A DNA stretch of 64,000 bases from contig CASEEU010000012.1 of NCBI GenBank assembly GCA_949287075.1, positions 919 through 64,918 on the forward strand, in the 5' to 3' direction. The position numbers and the translations under genes are program-made. Source of the stretch: an uncultured Eubacteriales bacterium (GTDB lineage: Bacteria; Bacillota; Clostridia; TANB77; CAG-508). Under the pieces are notes generated by a model that was given only the letters and a program-made list of their open reading frames with translations, was not told the DNA's origin and did not search any database. Shown here piece after piece: positions 20,795 through 31,663 of the stretch. Position 1 is the stretch's first letter. The number at the start of each line of letters is the position of its first letter.

Positions 20795-23017
20795 TTGAAA
20801 AAGGTTCTCTTAAAAATAGATGGAATGACTTGTAGTGCTTGTTCAAATGGACTAGAAAAGTATTTAAATAAACAAGAAGGCATTAAACAAGCATCTGTCA
20901 ATCTCGTTATGAATAATGCAAGTATTGAATATGATGAAAAATTGTTAGATATTCCACAAATAGAAAAATTTGTCGAAAAAGCAGGATTTGAAAGTTTAGG
21001 GATTGACAAATTAGAAAAAGAAAAAAAGAAAGCATCAAATGAAAAATACAAATTGATTGGTTTAACCATACTTGCTATTTTAATTTTATATATTTCTATG
21101 GGACAAATGATAGGATTACCTATTTTTGAAATTTTGAATATGCATCATCATCCAATCTATTTTTCCATTGTGCAATTTATCTTATCCATCATTGCTATAT
21201 ATTTAGGAAAAGATATTATACGAAATGGATATAAAAATTTAGTGCATAAAACACCTAATATGGATACATTAGTTGGATTAGGGGTTATTAGTAGTTTATT
21301 ATATAGTATGTATAATACCTATCAAATTTTTATAGGAAATGAGGAAGCTGTTCATCATTTATATTATGAATCTATTGTTATCATCCTCTTCTTTATAAAA
21401 ATTGGAAAATATATAGAAGGAAGAAATAAAGATAAAACAAAAGAAGCCATACAAGATTTAATGATGATTACACCAAATTTGGCTACTATTGAAAAAGATG
21501 GAAAACAAAAGCAAGTGACATTAGATGAGATTCAAAAAGGAGATATCGTCATTTGCAAACCGGGAGAGAAAATTGCAGTAGATGGTGAAATCATGGAAGG
21601 AACAACACATATTGATGAATCTTTTATCACAGGAGAAAGTGTACCAGTAAAGAAAACAACAGGAAATAAAGTGATTGCTGGAAGTATGAATTATGATGGT
21701 ATGATAAAATACAAGGCAGAAAAAATAGGAAAAGAATCTACTGTATCAGAAATTGTCAGAATGGTTGTGGAAGCAACCAATACCAAAGCACCAATTGCGA
21801 AAATTGCAGATACCATCAGTGGGTATTTTGTTCCAGGTATCATCTTAATTGCGGTTTTAGCAAGTATCATATGGGCAATATTAGGAGAAGATATTGGCTT
21901 CATTATAAATATCTTTATTACTGTATTAGTGGTAGCTTGTCCTTGTAGTTTAGGATTGGCAACTCCACTTGCGATTGTCATGGCTTCAGGATTGGCAAGC
22001 AGAAAAGGAATATTAGTAAAATCAAGTGAAGCCTTAGAAAATGCACATAAAATAAAAACAATTGTATTTGATAAAACAGGAACATTAACAAAAGGACATT
22101 TAAGTGTATCTCAAATATTTAATTATTCTGCTCTAAAAGAAGATGAAATTATAGAAGTAGTAGCCAACATAGAAAATCATTCAGAACATCCAATTGCAAG
22201 AGGAATTGTTAAATATGCAGAAGAAAGAAATATACCAATAGATTCTAAAAAAGTGACAGAGTTTAAAAATATTTCTGGATATGGTATACAAGCAAAATAT
22301 AATGGAATAAATTACCTTATTGGAAATAAAAAGCTAATGTTAGAAAATCATATCCATATTGATAAAATCATAAAAGAAAATGAAATGAATGATGATGAAA
22401 CATTAGAAAATGATGGAAATAGTCTTTTATTCATAGCAAAAGAAAATACATTAATTGCTTTAATTGGTGTAAAAGATATTATAAAAGAAAATGCAAAAGA
22501 AGTGATTGATAAATTGAAACAACAAAATATATCAACAGTTATGCTAACAGGAGATAATGAAAAAACAGCCAAAGCAATCGGAAAAATAATTGGTATAGAA
22601 AACGTGATTGCAGGTGTTATACCAAAACAAAAAGCAGAAGAAATTACAAAACTAAAAGAAAACGGATTAGTCATGATGTGTGGAGATGGTATTAATGATA
22701 GTATTAGTTTAGTAAAAGCAGATATTGGAGTTTCTGTTGGAAGTGGTACAGATATTGCGATGGATAGTAGTGATGTGGTTCTAATGAAAGATAATTTAGA
22801 TAAAATTAATGATTTGATAAATATAAGTAAAAAAACGATGCGAATTATTAAACAAAATCTATTTTGGGCATTTTTCTACAATATTTGTATGATACCAATT
22901 GCAGCAGGTGTATTAATCCCATTAGGTATAACCATGAATCCCATGTTTGCAGCTTTTAGTATGACGATTAGTAGTGTGACAGTTACCCTAAATAGTTTAA
23001 GATTAAAGAAAATATGA
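20795..23017 (+). CDS. copA: Cu(I)-translocating P1B ATPase
   Basis: GMTCSAC, TGES, CPC, DKTGT, HP, GDGIND, YN..P motifs. Confidence 0.95.
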   Translation: MKKVLLKIDGMTCSACSNGLEKYLNKQEGIKQASVNLVMNNASIEYDEKLLDIPQIEKFVEKAGFESLGIDKLEKEKKKASNEKYKLIGLTILAILILYISMGQMIGLPIFEILNMHHHPIYFSIVQFILSIIAIYLGKDIIRNGYKNLVHKTPNMDTLVGLGVISSLLYSMYNTYQIFIGNEEAVHHLYYESIVIILFFIKIGKYIEGRNKDKTKEAIQDLMMITPNLATIEKDGKQKQVTLDEIQKGDIVICKPGEKIAVDGEIMEGTTHIDESFITGESVPVKKTTGNKVIAGSMNYDGMIKYKAEKIGKESTVSEIVRMVVEATNTKAPIAKIADTISGYFVPGIILIAVLASIIWAILGEDIGFIINIFITVLVVACPCSLGLATPLAIVMASGLASRKGILVKSSEALENAHKIKTIVFDKTGTLTKGHLSVSQIFNYSALKEDEIIEVVANIENHSEHPIARGIVKYAEERNIPIDSKKVTEFKNISGYGIQAKYNGINYLIGNKKLMLENHIHIDKIIKENEMNDDETLENDGNSLLFIAKENTLIALIGVKDIIKENAKEVIDKLKQQNISTVMLTGDNEKTAKAIGKIIGIENVIAGVIPKQKAEEITKLKENGLVMMCGDGINDSISLVKADIGVSVGSGTDIAMDSSDVVLMKDNLDKINDLINISKKTMRIIKQNLFWAFFYNICMIPIAAGVLIPLGITMNPMFAAFSMTISSVTVTLNSLRLKKI

Positions 23018-23242
23018 AAGAAAAAAGATAAGACCTCTTCTAAAAGAGGTCTTAAAACGTATTAAAACGAAATAATTACATTTAATGTAAAATTAAATGT
23101 TAATGATAGTATATGCTAAAAACAGATATTTATACATGAACAGCAACTATAAATCGATAATTTTTATAAAATTTATACAAAACTAGATACATATTATAAA
23201 ATACATGATATACTAATGTAAGATAAATGAAGGAGAAATGTT

Positions 23243-23815
23243 ATGCAAAAGATATATATTATTTTAACACATACAGGAACACTACTTTCAAAGATTATTA
23301 GAAAATGGACAAAAGATGAATTTACGCATATTTCAATTGCATTAGATGAGGACTTGAATCAAATGTATAGTTTTGGAAGATTAAATGCATATAATCCTTT
23401 TTGGGGAGGATTTGTAAAAGAAGGGATATATACAGGAACATTTAAGAGATTTAAGAAAACAGAAGCATTTATTTATTCTTTAGATATAACTCAGAAACAA
23501 TATATCATGATAAAAAATGAAATCAAAAAAATAGAAAAACATAAAGAGAAATATCGCTTTAATATATTAGGGTTATTAGCTGTAGGGTTTCATAAAAAAA
23601 TACAACCAGACCATTCTTTTTATTGTGCAGAATTTGTAAAACATATTCTAGAATCAGCAAATATATCAATTGATTTACCAATAATTGTGAGACCAGAAAA
23701 TTTTAAAAATATTAAAAATTATACGGTTGTTTACAAAGGAAAATTAAGAAAATATAATAAAGAGAAAAAAAGAGAATATAGTATTATTAATAATTATAAA
23801 TTTAAATTAACATAA
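23243..23815 (+). CDS. Permuted papain-like (YiiX/YebB-type NlpC/P60) protein
   Basis: FTHISIA His precedes FYCAEFV Cys. Confidence 0.6.
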   Translation: MQKIYIILTHTGTLLSKIIRKWTKDEFTHISIALDEDLNQMYSFGRLNAYNPFWGGFVKEGIYTGTFKRFKKTEAFIYSLDITQKQYIMIKNEIKKIEKHKEKYRFNILGLLAVGFHKKIQPDHSFYCAEFVKHILESANISIDLPIIVRPENFKNIKNYTVVYKGKLRKYNKEKKREYSIINNYKFKLT

Positions 23816-23934
23816 AGATGGTAAATGGGAAAGATAAAAATTTTCACAGAATGTTCACAAAATTAATTTTATATGATACACTTGTAGAAAAACAGGTTGA
23901 AAATACGCAAAACAGTTATAAAGGGGGATTTTAT

Positions 23935-24603
23935 ATGAAAAAATCAAGTAGCAACAGAAAAAGTAATGCAGTCATTTGGGCAATCGTAGGAATCGTCGTT
24001 ATTATTATAGGAATAACATGTTTAATTGCATCTGGTCAAGAGGCAGAACCAACTACAGAATCAAGTGATGGATGGAAAATAACATCTCGAGAAGAAGCAC
24101 AAGAAGAATTAGATAATATGGGAGTAATAGGAGGTATTCTATTAGTTGTAGGAATAGGATTAGAAATTTTTGCATTTATAAGTAATCAATCAAATTCAAA
24201 TGCAGTTGCAAATGAAACAGAAATCTTAAATCGCCATGAAAATAGATTAAAAGAATTAAATAATGAGTTTAAAGAAAATAAAATAACAAAAGAAGAATTT
24301 GAAGAAAGAAAAACCAAGATTTTAGAGAGCATTATTGCAGACATAAATACACTAGATTTATTAAAAAAGAGAATAAAGGAAATGGCTATTGATGGATTCA
24401 TTACAGAAGAGGAAAGCAGAAATATATTAGAAAAAGTAGATACAGACATTAAAAAAACGAAAGGTAAAAGAAAAGGCATTATATTTATAGTTATCATAGC
24501 ATGTATTGTCATTGGTACTATTGTTGGAATCGTAACTTCTAGCACAAAACCAAGCAATAATAGTAGAGATTTATTAAAATATACGAACACAGAGAGTAAT
24601 TAA
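23935..24603 (+). CDS. Membrane protein with SHOCT-like segments
   Basis: Three TM helices; KITKEEFEERKTKIL and GFITEEE motifs; GGGGG RBS. Confidence 0.6.
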   Translation: MKKSSSNRKSNAVIWAIVGIVVIIIGITCLIASGQEAEPTTESSDGWKITSREEAQEELDNMGVIGGILLVVGIGLEIFAFISNQSNSNAVANETEILNRHENRLKELNNEFKENKITKEEFEERKTKILESIIADINTLDLLKKRIKEMAIDGFITEEESRNILEKVDTDIKKTKGKRKGIIFIVIIACIVIGTIVGIVTSSTKPSNNSRDLLKYTNTESN

Positions 24604-24663
24604 TGGAATAAATAATCTATCTTTGATATAGCTAATAGAAAAATAAAGAAAGGGGAATTTAAT

Positions 24664-25362
24664 ATGAAAAAAGCAATTATTGGAGTGATAATAGCCATTG
24701 TACTAGTAGCAATTGTAGGTATTGGTATTTTGGTAGTCAATGACTTTAAACAAGAGGACATTTTAAGACAAGAAATGTTAGAATTTGAAAATCTAACACG
24801 CGCAGAAAATATTGACTTTGACAAAATAGATCAAAAAATACGAGAAATAAAAACAACAGGAGATTATGGTGTTTTAGAAAAAGCAATGAAAGATTATTTA
24901 GCAGATGTTGTCAATGCTACAGTTAGCATTGCAGATGTACTAAATGATGAAAAAATTGTAAATGCATTAACACCTGAAAACTACATGGAAGATGGACCAG
25001 ATTTTGTTCAAACCAAACAATTTTTAGAAGAAGCAAAAGGAGAGATTGAGAAAAATAAAACAGAAGTATTAAAACTATTATCAAATGAAGGTGCTATGTC
25101 ATATATAGAAAATAAAAATCTAGATCAATACTATATAGACTTATATAAAGAAATTGCTCTATCAGAGGATACAGCAATCGAAGAGGATAATGCCGAATTA
25201 GAAGATTCTTTAAATGAAGTAGCAAGAATATTAGATATAGAAACACATGTAATTAATCTTCTTTCAGAAAATAAAAATGGTTGGGAAATTCAAGACCAAA
25301 ATATTGTATTTAATAATGAAACATTGCAAAATCAATATAATGAATATATTAGTCAACTATAA
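24664..25362 (+). CDS. Hypothetical membrane-anchored acidic protein
   Basis: N-terminal signal/TM helix; RBS. Confidence 0.65.
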   Translation: MKKAIIGVIIAIVLVAIVGIGILVVNDFKQEDILRQEMLEFENLTRAENIDFDKIDQKIREIKTTGDYGVLEKAMKDYLADVVNATVSIADVLNDEKIVNALTPENYMEDGPDFVQTKQFLEEAKGEIEKNKTEVLKLLSNEGAMSYIENKNLDQYYIDLYKEIALSEDTAIEEDNAELEDSLNEVARILDIETHVINLLSENKNGWEIQDQNIVFNNETLQNQYNEYISQL

Positions 25363-25377
25363 GAAATCTATATACTG

Positions 25378-25406
25378 AAAAAGACCCCTCCGAAGAGGGG
25401 CCTTTC
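25378..25406. terminator. Bidirectional terminator
   Basis: GAAAAAGACCCCTC-CGAA-GAGGGGCCTTTC between convergent genes. Confidence 0.75.
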
Positions 25407-25646
25407 TCATTTGAGAGATTTGTACCGCAAGTCCTCAAGAGAGATGACAGGAAACCTCTCAATCCCGTTGGTAATAATCCTCCTTTCGGAGTCATAAAGG
25501 TATCCTTCCGGAAATACAGTGGTCTCCAAAGCAAGATTGCTTACGATGAAGAACTCACTGTCAGTTGTGCAGGGAAACAGATGTCCCCTGTAGTTGTTGA
25601 GCCTTTTAAGCTCAGCACACACCTGCTGAATACCTAAACATACCAT
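25407..25646 (-). CDS. Hypothetical 79-aa protein (GC-richer stand-alone gene)
   Basis: GGAGGT RBS before ATG at 25646; TTGCAA...TATACT promoter on the minus strand near 25705-25735. Confidence 0.5.
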   Translation of the reverse strand: MVCLGIQQVCAELKRLNNYRGHLFPCTTDSEFFIVSNLALETTVFPEGYLYDSERRIITNGIERFPVISLEDLRYKSLK

Positions 25647-25822
25647 AAGAACCTCCAAACAAAATGGGGGCAACAATGCATACAACCCTAACAGAGTTGT
25701 GTATAAAGTATATCACAATTAACATAATTTTGCAAGAAAGGTAATAAATAAGAATTGCATTTAAATGATAATTTTGATATGATAGTTAATAATAAGAATA
25801 GATAATGAAAAAGGAGGAAATT

Positions 25823-26377
25823 ATGGCAGAAAAAGAAAAGAGAGATAAAGGAGAATTATATAATTTAGCAAATAGCGAAGAATTGATGTTAGAAATTAGA
25901 AACTGCAAAAAAATGTGTTACGAATATAATCACATAACTCCAGATAAAATAGAAGAAAGAAAAGAATTTATCAAGAAAATATTAGGAAGTACAGGAGATA
26001 ATTTACAAGTAGAATCCAATTTTTATTGTGACTATGGATATAATACACATGTAGGAGAAAATTTCTATGTAAATCATAATTGCGTGATATTAGATGTGGC
26101 AAAAGTAGAATTTGGGGACAATGTATTTATTGGACCAAATTGTGGCTTTTATACTGCAGGACATCCACTAGATGTAGAAACAAGAAATCAAGGATTAGAA
26201 TTCGGCAAACCAATCAAAGTGGGAAATAATGTATGGATTGGTGGAAATGTGGTTGTATTACCAGGTGTGACTATAGGAGATAATGTAACAATAGGAGCGG
26301 GAAGTGTAGTGACAAAAGATATTCCGTCAAATACAGTAGCACATGGAAATCCATGTAGAGTGGTTAAGACTATATAA
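25823..26377 (+). CDS. Maltose/sugar O-acetyltransferase (hexapeptide repeat)
   Basis: CDYGYN, GDNVFIGPN, HP, GNNVWIGG, GAGSVVTKDIP, GNPC. Confidence 0.9.
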   Translation: MAEKEKRDKGELYNLANSEELMLEIRNCKKMCYEYNHITPDKIEERKEFIKKILGSTGDNLQVESNFYCDYGYNTHVGENFYVNHNCVILDVAKVEFGDNVFIGPNCGFYTAGHPLDVETRNQGLEFGKPIKVGNNVWIGGNVVVLPGVTIGDNVTIGAGSVVTKDIPSNTVAHGNPCRVVKTI

Positions 26378-26411
26378 GAAAATAAAATGATAAAACAAAG
26401 GAGAAAGATAA

Positions 26412-26793
26412 ATGTTACGGACTAGTTTATTTGATAATTTTCGTTGTTAGTTTAGTTTATTTGTTTTCATTGACAACTAAATTTAAAGGTGTAAAAAAAA
26501 TAGCAGTCATATTTGGAATACTAATTTTATATAGTGTATGTCTAATATTGGGTAGTTTTTTAGGATACTTAGCAGGAGATATATATGCCCAAAAGAATAA
26601 TATATTTGATCCAGGAATAGGTCATACACTAGCAATGGCATTGGAAACTGTAACATTTGTTCCTGGAATAGTAAGCATATTTATCGGATTATATAAAAAG
26701 AAAAAAATAGGAAAAGTATTAACAATTATATGTATGTTAGGAACAATATTTCTATTCCAAACAGCATTTTTTCTATTACTGGTTAGTATGTAA
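26412..26793 (+). CDS. Small multi-pass membrane protein; start requires +1 shift at codon 3 (26418)
   Basis: AAGGAG RBS 8 nt before ATG TTA C GGA CTA GTT TAT TTG = MLGLVYLIIFVV..., in frame with ORF 26431..26793; the 0-frame stops after 12 codons. Confidence 0.65.
26418..26421 (+). other. Putative +1 recoding site CGG-A
   Basis: Links an RBS-supported ATG to a downstream ORF whose own TTG start has no RBS. Confidence 0.65.
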
Positions 26794-26904
26794 AATGTAA
26801 TTAAAGTAAATAATAAATTTATAAATCACTGAATTTATCAGTGATTTTGTTTTACAATTTGAAAAAAGCGGTATATAATGAGGATAGAAAAGGAGGCAGG
26901 CGTT

Positions 26905-27561
26905 ATGAAAGAAAGAAAAGTTTCTATTATTTTTAAATTGCTTGTGATATTAAGCCTTCTTACAGGAATACTATTAAATGTTATTCACACAATATCAATC
27001 AGTGCGATATTATCTTATTATACACTTCTAAGCAATGTGATTTGCTTAGTAATGTTTGTAGAAATCATGATATCCATAAAACGAAAGATAGATTACCGGT
27101 CAAATAGTGGATACTATCTTTTAAAAGGAGCTGTAGTAGTAGCGATATTAGTTACAGCAATTACCTATCAAGTATCATTAGCTCCCAATAACTTTCAAAT
27201 GGAAATATCTTATACCATACGACCAGAAAGATATTGGGCAAATATATTTGTTCATATTATTTCTCCCATTATGGTTGTAGGAGATTATTTATTATTTGAT
27301 GAAAAAGGTAATTTTAAATATTCTTATCCATTTATCTGGATGTGTATTCCTTGGGGGTATGTAATATATGTATACATATATCATGCTTTGGGAGGAAGAT
27401 TCTTTGGAATAGGAGGTTCTAGAGAATATGCATATAGTTTCTTAGATTACAAACAAATAGGTTATCTAGGAGTTATCAAGTGGATTGGGGTATTTACAAT
27501 ATTGATTTTTGTGTTATCAAACATCTTAGTATTTTTAGACAGAAGGAAAAAGCGCAAGTGA
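26905..27561 (+). CDS. Pr6Pr-family membrane protein
   Basis: YYT..SN, HIISP, Y.F motifs; AGGAGG RBS. Confidence 0.7.
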   Translation: MKERKVSIIFKLLVILSLLTGILLNVIHTISISAILSYYTLLSNVICLVMFVEIMISIKRKIDYRSNSGYYLLKGAVVVAILVTAITYQVSLAPNNFQMEISYTIRPERYWANIFVHIISPIMVVGDYLLFDEKGNFKYSYPFIWMCIPWGYVIYVYIYHALGGRFFGIGGSREYAYSFLDYKQIGYLGVIKWIGVFTILIFVLSNILVFLDRRKKRK

Positions 27562-27714
27562 TTTGAAAGAAAAATAGGGTGAGGAGAGTTCCTTACCCGT
27601 TTTTCTTATATTATTCTATATAAATAGGAAATAAATACTTAAATTACATTGATTTTCTTATATGAAAATGTTAAAATATGGCATATAATAAGTATTTTTG
27701 TAGGAGAGAGTTTT

Positions 27715-29448
27715 ATGAAAAAACAGAATAGTAATAATAAGAAAAAAATTTTAATTGTAACAGCTTTTCCAACACATGGAGCAGGAAGTGGTGCATTAAT
27801 TACAACACAAGCAAAATCATATGTAGAAAATGGAGATGAAGTTGTCATCATAACTGGCAATAATAGAACGAATTTTGACAAATTAGATGGTGTTAGATAC
27901 CATGTCGTACCGTTTACAGCTGAAACTGAAAATCCAGAAAAGATAGAAGGGCAATGTCCATTTAATTATTTAATGTTTACTACACATACAGAAAGTACGG
28001 CAAATTTTTGGAATATTAGTTTAGAACAATTAGAAGAATATAATAAAGCATTTGAAAAAGCAATCAGAAAAGAGATAAGAGAATTTCATCCAGATATTAT
28101 ACATGCACAACACAACTGGTTAACAAGTAGTATTTGTAATAATTTTAATTTACCAGTTGCTCTTACAATTCATGGAACAGATTTAATGGGATACATAAAA
28201 GCAGGAGAAGAATTAAAAAAAGTTAAAGAACAAATTACAGAAAAGAAAAAACAATTAGAGAAATCTGGGGATAAAAAAGGATTAAATAATATAAGAAATA
28301 TTGAAGAAATATATATGAGATCTACTTCAAAATCCGAAATTATGAAACAATTAAAAGAAGCAATAAAATCAAAAAAGATAGATATTACAAAGGGAGAATT
28401 AGCAGAACTTATTAGTTTATATGACTCTAAAACTATATATGAACAATATAAAAGAGAAGCAGAAAAATCAGCCAAAGAATCAGAAAGAATTATTGTGATT
28501 TCTGATGCACAAGAACATCAATTTAATGAATTATTTCCTGGAAATGAAGAGCGAGTTAGATTATTAGAAAATGGTTATGATACAAAAACATTTTATCAAG
28601 ATAAAGATGTTAAAAGAGAAGAAATTATTTCAGATTTAATCGGAAAAGAAAATGCTGATTATGATAATATGGTATTATTCGTTGGAAAGTTTGCAGATTT
28701 TAAAGGAATTGATGCTTTATTAGATGCAGCAAAAATTTATGAGGAAGATAGTCATTATAAAGGTAAAAAAACAGAAACAGTAATTGTTGGTTCTGGAGTA
28801 TTAGATGAAAAATTAAGACAACAAGCAGAAACTTTACAATTGAAAAATACGCATTTTGTAGGAAGAAAAAATCATAAAGAGATTTGCAAACTACAAAATT
28901 TAACAAATGTTTCATTAATACCATCTAGAAACGAACCATTTGGATTAGTTGTTATTGAAGGAACAGCTTGTGGGCACCCTGTTATTGCAACAAATTCAGG
29001 TGGAATACCAGGAATATTAAATGTAGGTAAAAAAGATATTTCTGACAAATCCAAAACATATGTAACAGAATTAGGAATTTTAATACCACCATTGCCAGAC
29101 AGACCAAATGAGTTAGATAATCAAGGAAAAGAAAAATTAGATGAAATAACTACTCTATATTCTATGATAGATGATGAAGATCAAAAAATGATGTTTATAA
29201 AAGAAAAATCCAAAGAATTACAAATAAAAGAAAGTGTGTTGAAGAAATATCTAAGTGAATATATGAGAACAGTAAATGCTTTAAGTGCTTCTGTTATTGA
29301 TATTTGTGATAAAAAATTAGAATTTAATAATGATAAAATTGCACAATATACAAAAAATACATATTCACAAGAAATTATAAGAGACAAATTATTAGGCATA
29401 TTTGACGAAGCAGAAGAAGAACATCAAAAAAAAATAGAGAGTAGATAA
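27715..29448 (+). CDS. GT4-family glycosyltransferase with helical insertions
   Basis: GSG N-terminal motif, IHAQH, TIHGTD, FVGK...KG, PSRNEPFGLVVIEG. Confidence 0.8.
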   Translation: MKKQNSNNKKKILIVTAFPTHGAGSGALITTQAKSYVENGDEVVIITGNNRTNFDKLDGVRYHVVPFTAETENPEKIEGQCPFNYLMFTTHTESTANFWNISLEQLEEYNKAFEKAIRKEIREFHPDIIHAQHNWLTSSICNNFNLPVALTIHGTDLMGYIKAGEELKKVKEQITEKKKQLEKSGDKKGLNNIRNIEEIYMRSTSKSEIMKQLKEAIKSKKIDITKGELAELISLYDSKTIYEQYKREAEKSAKESERIIVISDAQEHQFNELFPGNEERVRLLENGYDTKTFYQDKDVKREEIISDLIGKENADYDNMVLFVGKFADFKGIDALLDAAKIYEEDSHYKGKKTETVIVGSGVLDEKLRQQAETLQLKNTHFVGRKNHKEICKLQNLTNVSLIPSRNEPFGLVVIEGTACGHPVIATNSGGIPGILNVGKKDISDKSKTYVTELGILIPPLPDRPNELDNQGKEKLDEITTLYSMIDDEDQKMMFIKEKSKELQIKESVLKKYLSEYMRTVNALSASVIDICDKKLEFNNDKIAQYTKNTYSQEIIRDKLLGIFDEAEEEHQKKIESR

Positions 29449-29512
29449 GTAGATAGACATGTTTTATTAAGAATAGGATAAAATATAAAAATAATATAAA
29501 GGAGGAATCAGT

Positions 29513-30505
29513 ATGGAAAAGCTAATACCAGAGAAATTAAAAAAAGGTGATGAAATTCGAGTAATTGCACCTTCTAGAAGTATGACAATCTTAGGAAAGG
29601 ATTGTATAGAACTCGCAACAAAACGTTTAGAAGATGAAGGATTTAAAGTTACATTTGCAGAACATGTCATGGATTCTTTTGATGATGACTATAATTGTGC
29701 TAAAATAGAAGATAGAGTAAAAGATTTAGAAGATGCTTTTAAAGATAAAAATGTAAAAGCCATATTAACGGTTATTGGTGGATACAATTCTAATCAATTA
29801 TTACGATATATAGATTATAATATTATAAAAGAAAATCCTAAAATTTTATGTGGTTATTCCGATATTACAGCTTTATTAGATTCTATTTATGCAAAAACTG
29901 GACTAGTAACCTATTATGGACCACATTATTCAAGTTTTGGTATGAAAAAAGGATTTGAATATACTTTAGAATATTTTAGAAAAATGTTCATAGAAGAAAA
30001 TGAAGAAATTGATATATTATCATCTAAAGAATGGAGTGACGATGCTTGGTTTATTGACCAAGAAAATAGAGAATTTATTGAAAATAAAGGTTATTTAACT
30101 ATCAATGAAGGAAAAGCAGAAGGAGAAATTGTTGGTGGTAATTTATGCACATTAAATTTATTGCAAGGTACAGAATATATGCCAGACGTAGAAAACAAAA
30201 TCTTATTTTTAGAAGATGATGGAATGGCAGGCAATACTTTTCTAATGGAATTTGATAGAAACTTACAATCTTTATTACACACATTAAAAAATGTAAAAGG
30301 AATTGTGATAGGAAGAGCACAGAAAAACTGCAATATGGCAGATGAGAAATGGATAAAATTAATCAAAAATAAAGCAGAATTAAATGGTATACCTGTGATA
30401 GCTAATGTAGACTTTGGCCATACAACACCAATTTGTACATTCCCAATTGGAGGATATGCCAAAATAGAAGCCAAGGATGGAAAAGCAAGTATACAAATAA
30501 GGTAA
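29513..30505 (+). CDS. S66 LD-carboxypeptidase/MccF-like peptidase
   Basis: IAPS, GGYNSN, GYSDIT, GGNL, FLED, DFGHT. Confidence 0.9.
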   Translation: MEKLIPEKLKKGDEIRVIAPSRSMTILGKDCIELATKRLEDEGFKVTFAEHVMDSFDDDYNCAKIEDRVKDLEDAFKDKNVKAILTVIGGYNSNQLLRYIDYNIIKENPKILCGYSDITALLDSIYAKTGLVTYYGPHYSSFGMKKGFEYTLEYFRKMFIEENEEIDILSSKEWSDDAWFIDQENREFIENKGYLTINEGKAEGEIVGGNLCTLNLLQGTEYMPDVENKILFLEDDGMAGNTFLMEFDRNLQSLLHTLKNVKGIVIGRAQKNCNMADEKWIKLIKNKAELNGIPVIANVDFGHTTPICTFPIGGYAKIEAKDGKASIQIR

Positions 30506-30727
30506 CTTTAAAAGTTGTGAAAAATGGAGAAAATCTATATATTGATTTTCTCCTATATTAATATAGTCTAATATGATATTGTAACCTTTCTGGGAAAAAT
30601 GGTAATATATAAATAGATAAAATGGAAAATACTGTTGTTGCCAATATTTATAAAGTTATGCTAAAATATATTTGAGGTAAAGAACAACGAATGAATAAAT
30701 GATAAGTGAAGAGTAAAGGAAAAGTAT

Positions 30728-31564
30728 ATGAAAAAAATAAAAGAAGATGGAATAAGAAATATCATACATACAAATATTTGTATCATATTAATGATACTTA
30801 TTGTGTTGGTTCTTACCATTGTATATAAATATATTACATATAAAAATGAAATACAGGCATCGTTAGAAACAAGTGTAAATGTAGAAGAGTTATATAATAC
30901 ATCAAAAATAGAAGAAGCAGAAGTAATAGAAGAGGAAAATAAAAGAGATATTGATAGTCATACATCTGATTGGGAATTATTATTAGTAAATAAAAAGCAT
31001 GAAGTCCCAGAAGGATATATTCTAGAATTAGAGGAAGTGGAAAGTGGTCATCAAGTAGACAAAAGAATTGCTAAATCATTAGAGCAAATGTTATCTGATG
31101 CTAGAAAAGAAGGATTATCTCCTATTATTTGTTCAAGTTATCGAACAAATGCCAAACAACAAAAGTTATATAATAATAAAGTTAGAGAATATAAAAGATG
31201 GGGATGTAGTTCAGAAGAAGCCGAAGAACTTGCATCTTATTGGGTAGCAATTCCAGGAACAGGAGAACATGAAACAGGACTGGCAGTTGATATTGTATCT
31301 AGAGATTATCAAATATTAGATGAGAAACAAGAACAGACAGATGTACAAAAATGGTTAATAGATAATTCATATAAATATGGATTTGCTTTAAGGTATCCAA
31401 CAGATAAAAAAGACATTACAATGATAAATTATGAACCATGGCATTACAGATACGTTGGAGTCGACAATGCAACATATATGAAAGAACATGATATGTGTTT
31501 AGAAGAATATATTGAGTATTTAAAGCAATTAGAAGAAGAGGATTATAATGAAATTGTTTTATAG
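30728..31564 (+). CDS. M15B D-Ala-D-Ala carboxypeptidase (VanY-like), membrane anchored
   Basis: SSYR, PGTGEHETGLAVD, YEPWHYRYVG. Confidence 0.9.
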   Translation: MKKIKEDGIRNIIHTNICIILMILIVLVLTIVYKYITYKNEIQASLETSVNVEELYNTSKIEEAEVIEEENKRDIDSHTSDWELLLVNKKHEVPEGYILELEEVESGHQVDKRIAKSLEQMLSDARKEGLSPIICSSYRTNAKQQKLYNNKVREYKRWGCSSEEAEELASYWVAIPGTGEHETGLAVDIVSRDYQILDEKQEQTDVQKWLIDNSYKYGFALRYPTDKKDITMINYEPWHYRYVGVDNATYMKEHDMCLEEYIEYLKQLEEEDYNEIVL

Positions 31565-31663
31565 CAAAAGGTACAATAATGTAATTTATTGTGCTTTTTT
31601 TGTTGTAATCCAATAATTGTTATGATAGAATTTTTTTGAAATAACAATAGAAAGGTGAAAAAT

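Noticed and set aside
9255-31564. VanW and VanY-like genes as a vancomycin resistance cluster
   Set aside because: About 20 kb apart, with no vanA/B ligase, vanH, vanX or vanRS; both are common cell-wall families.
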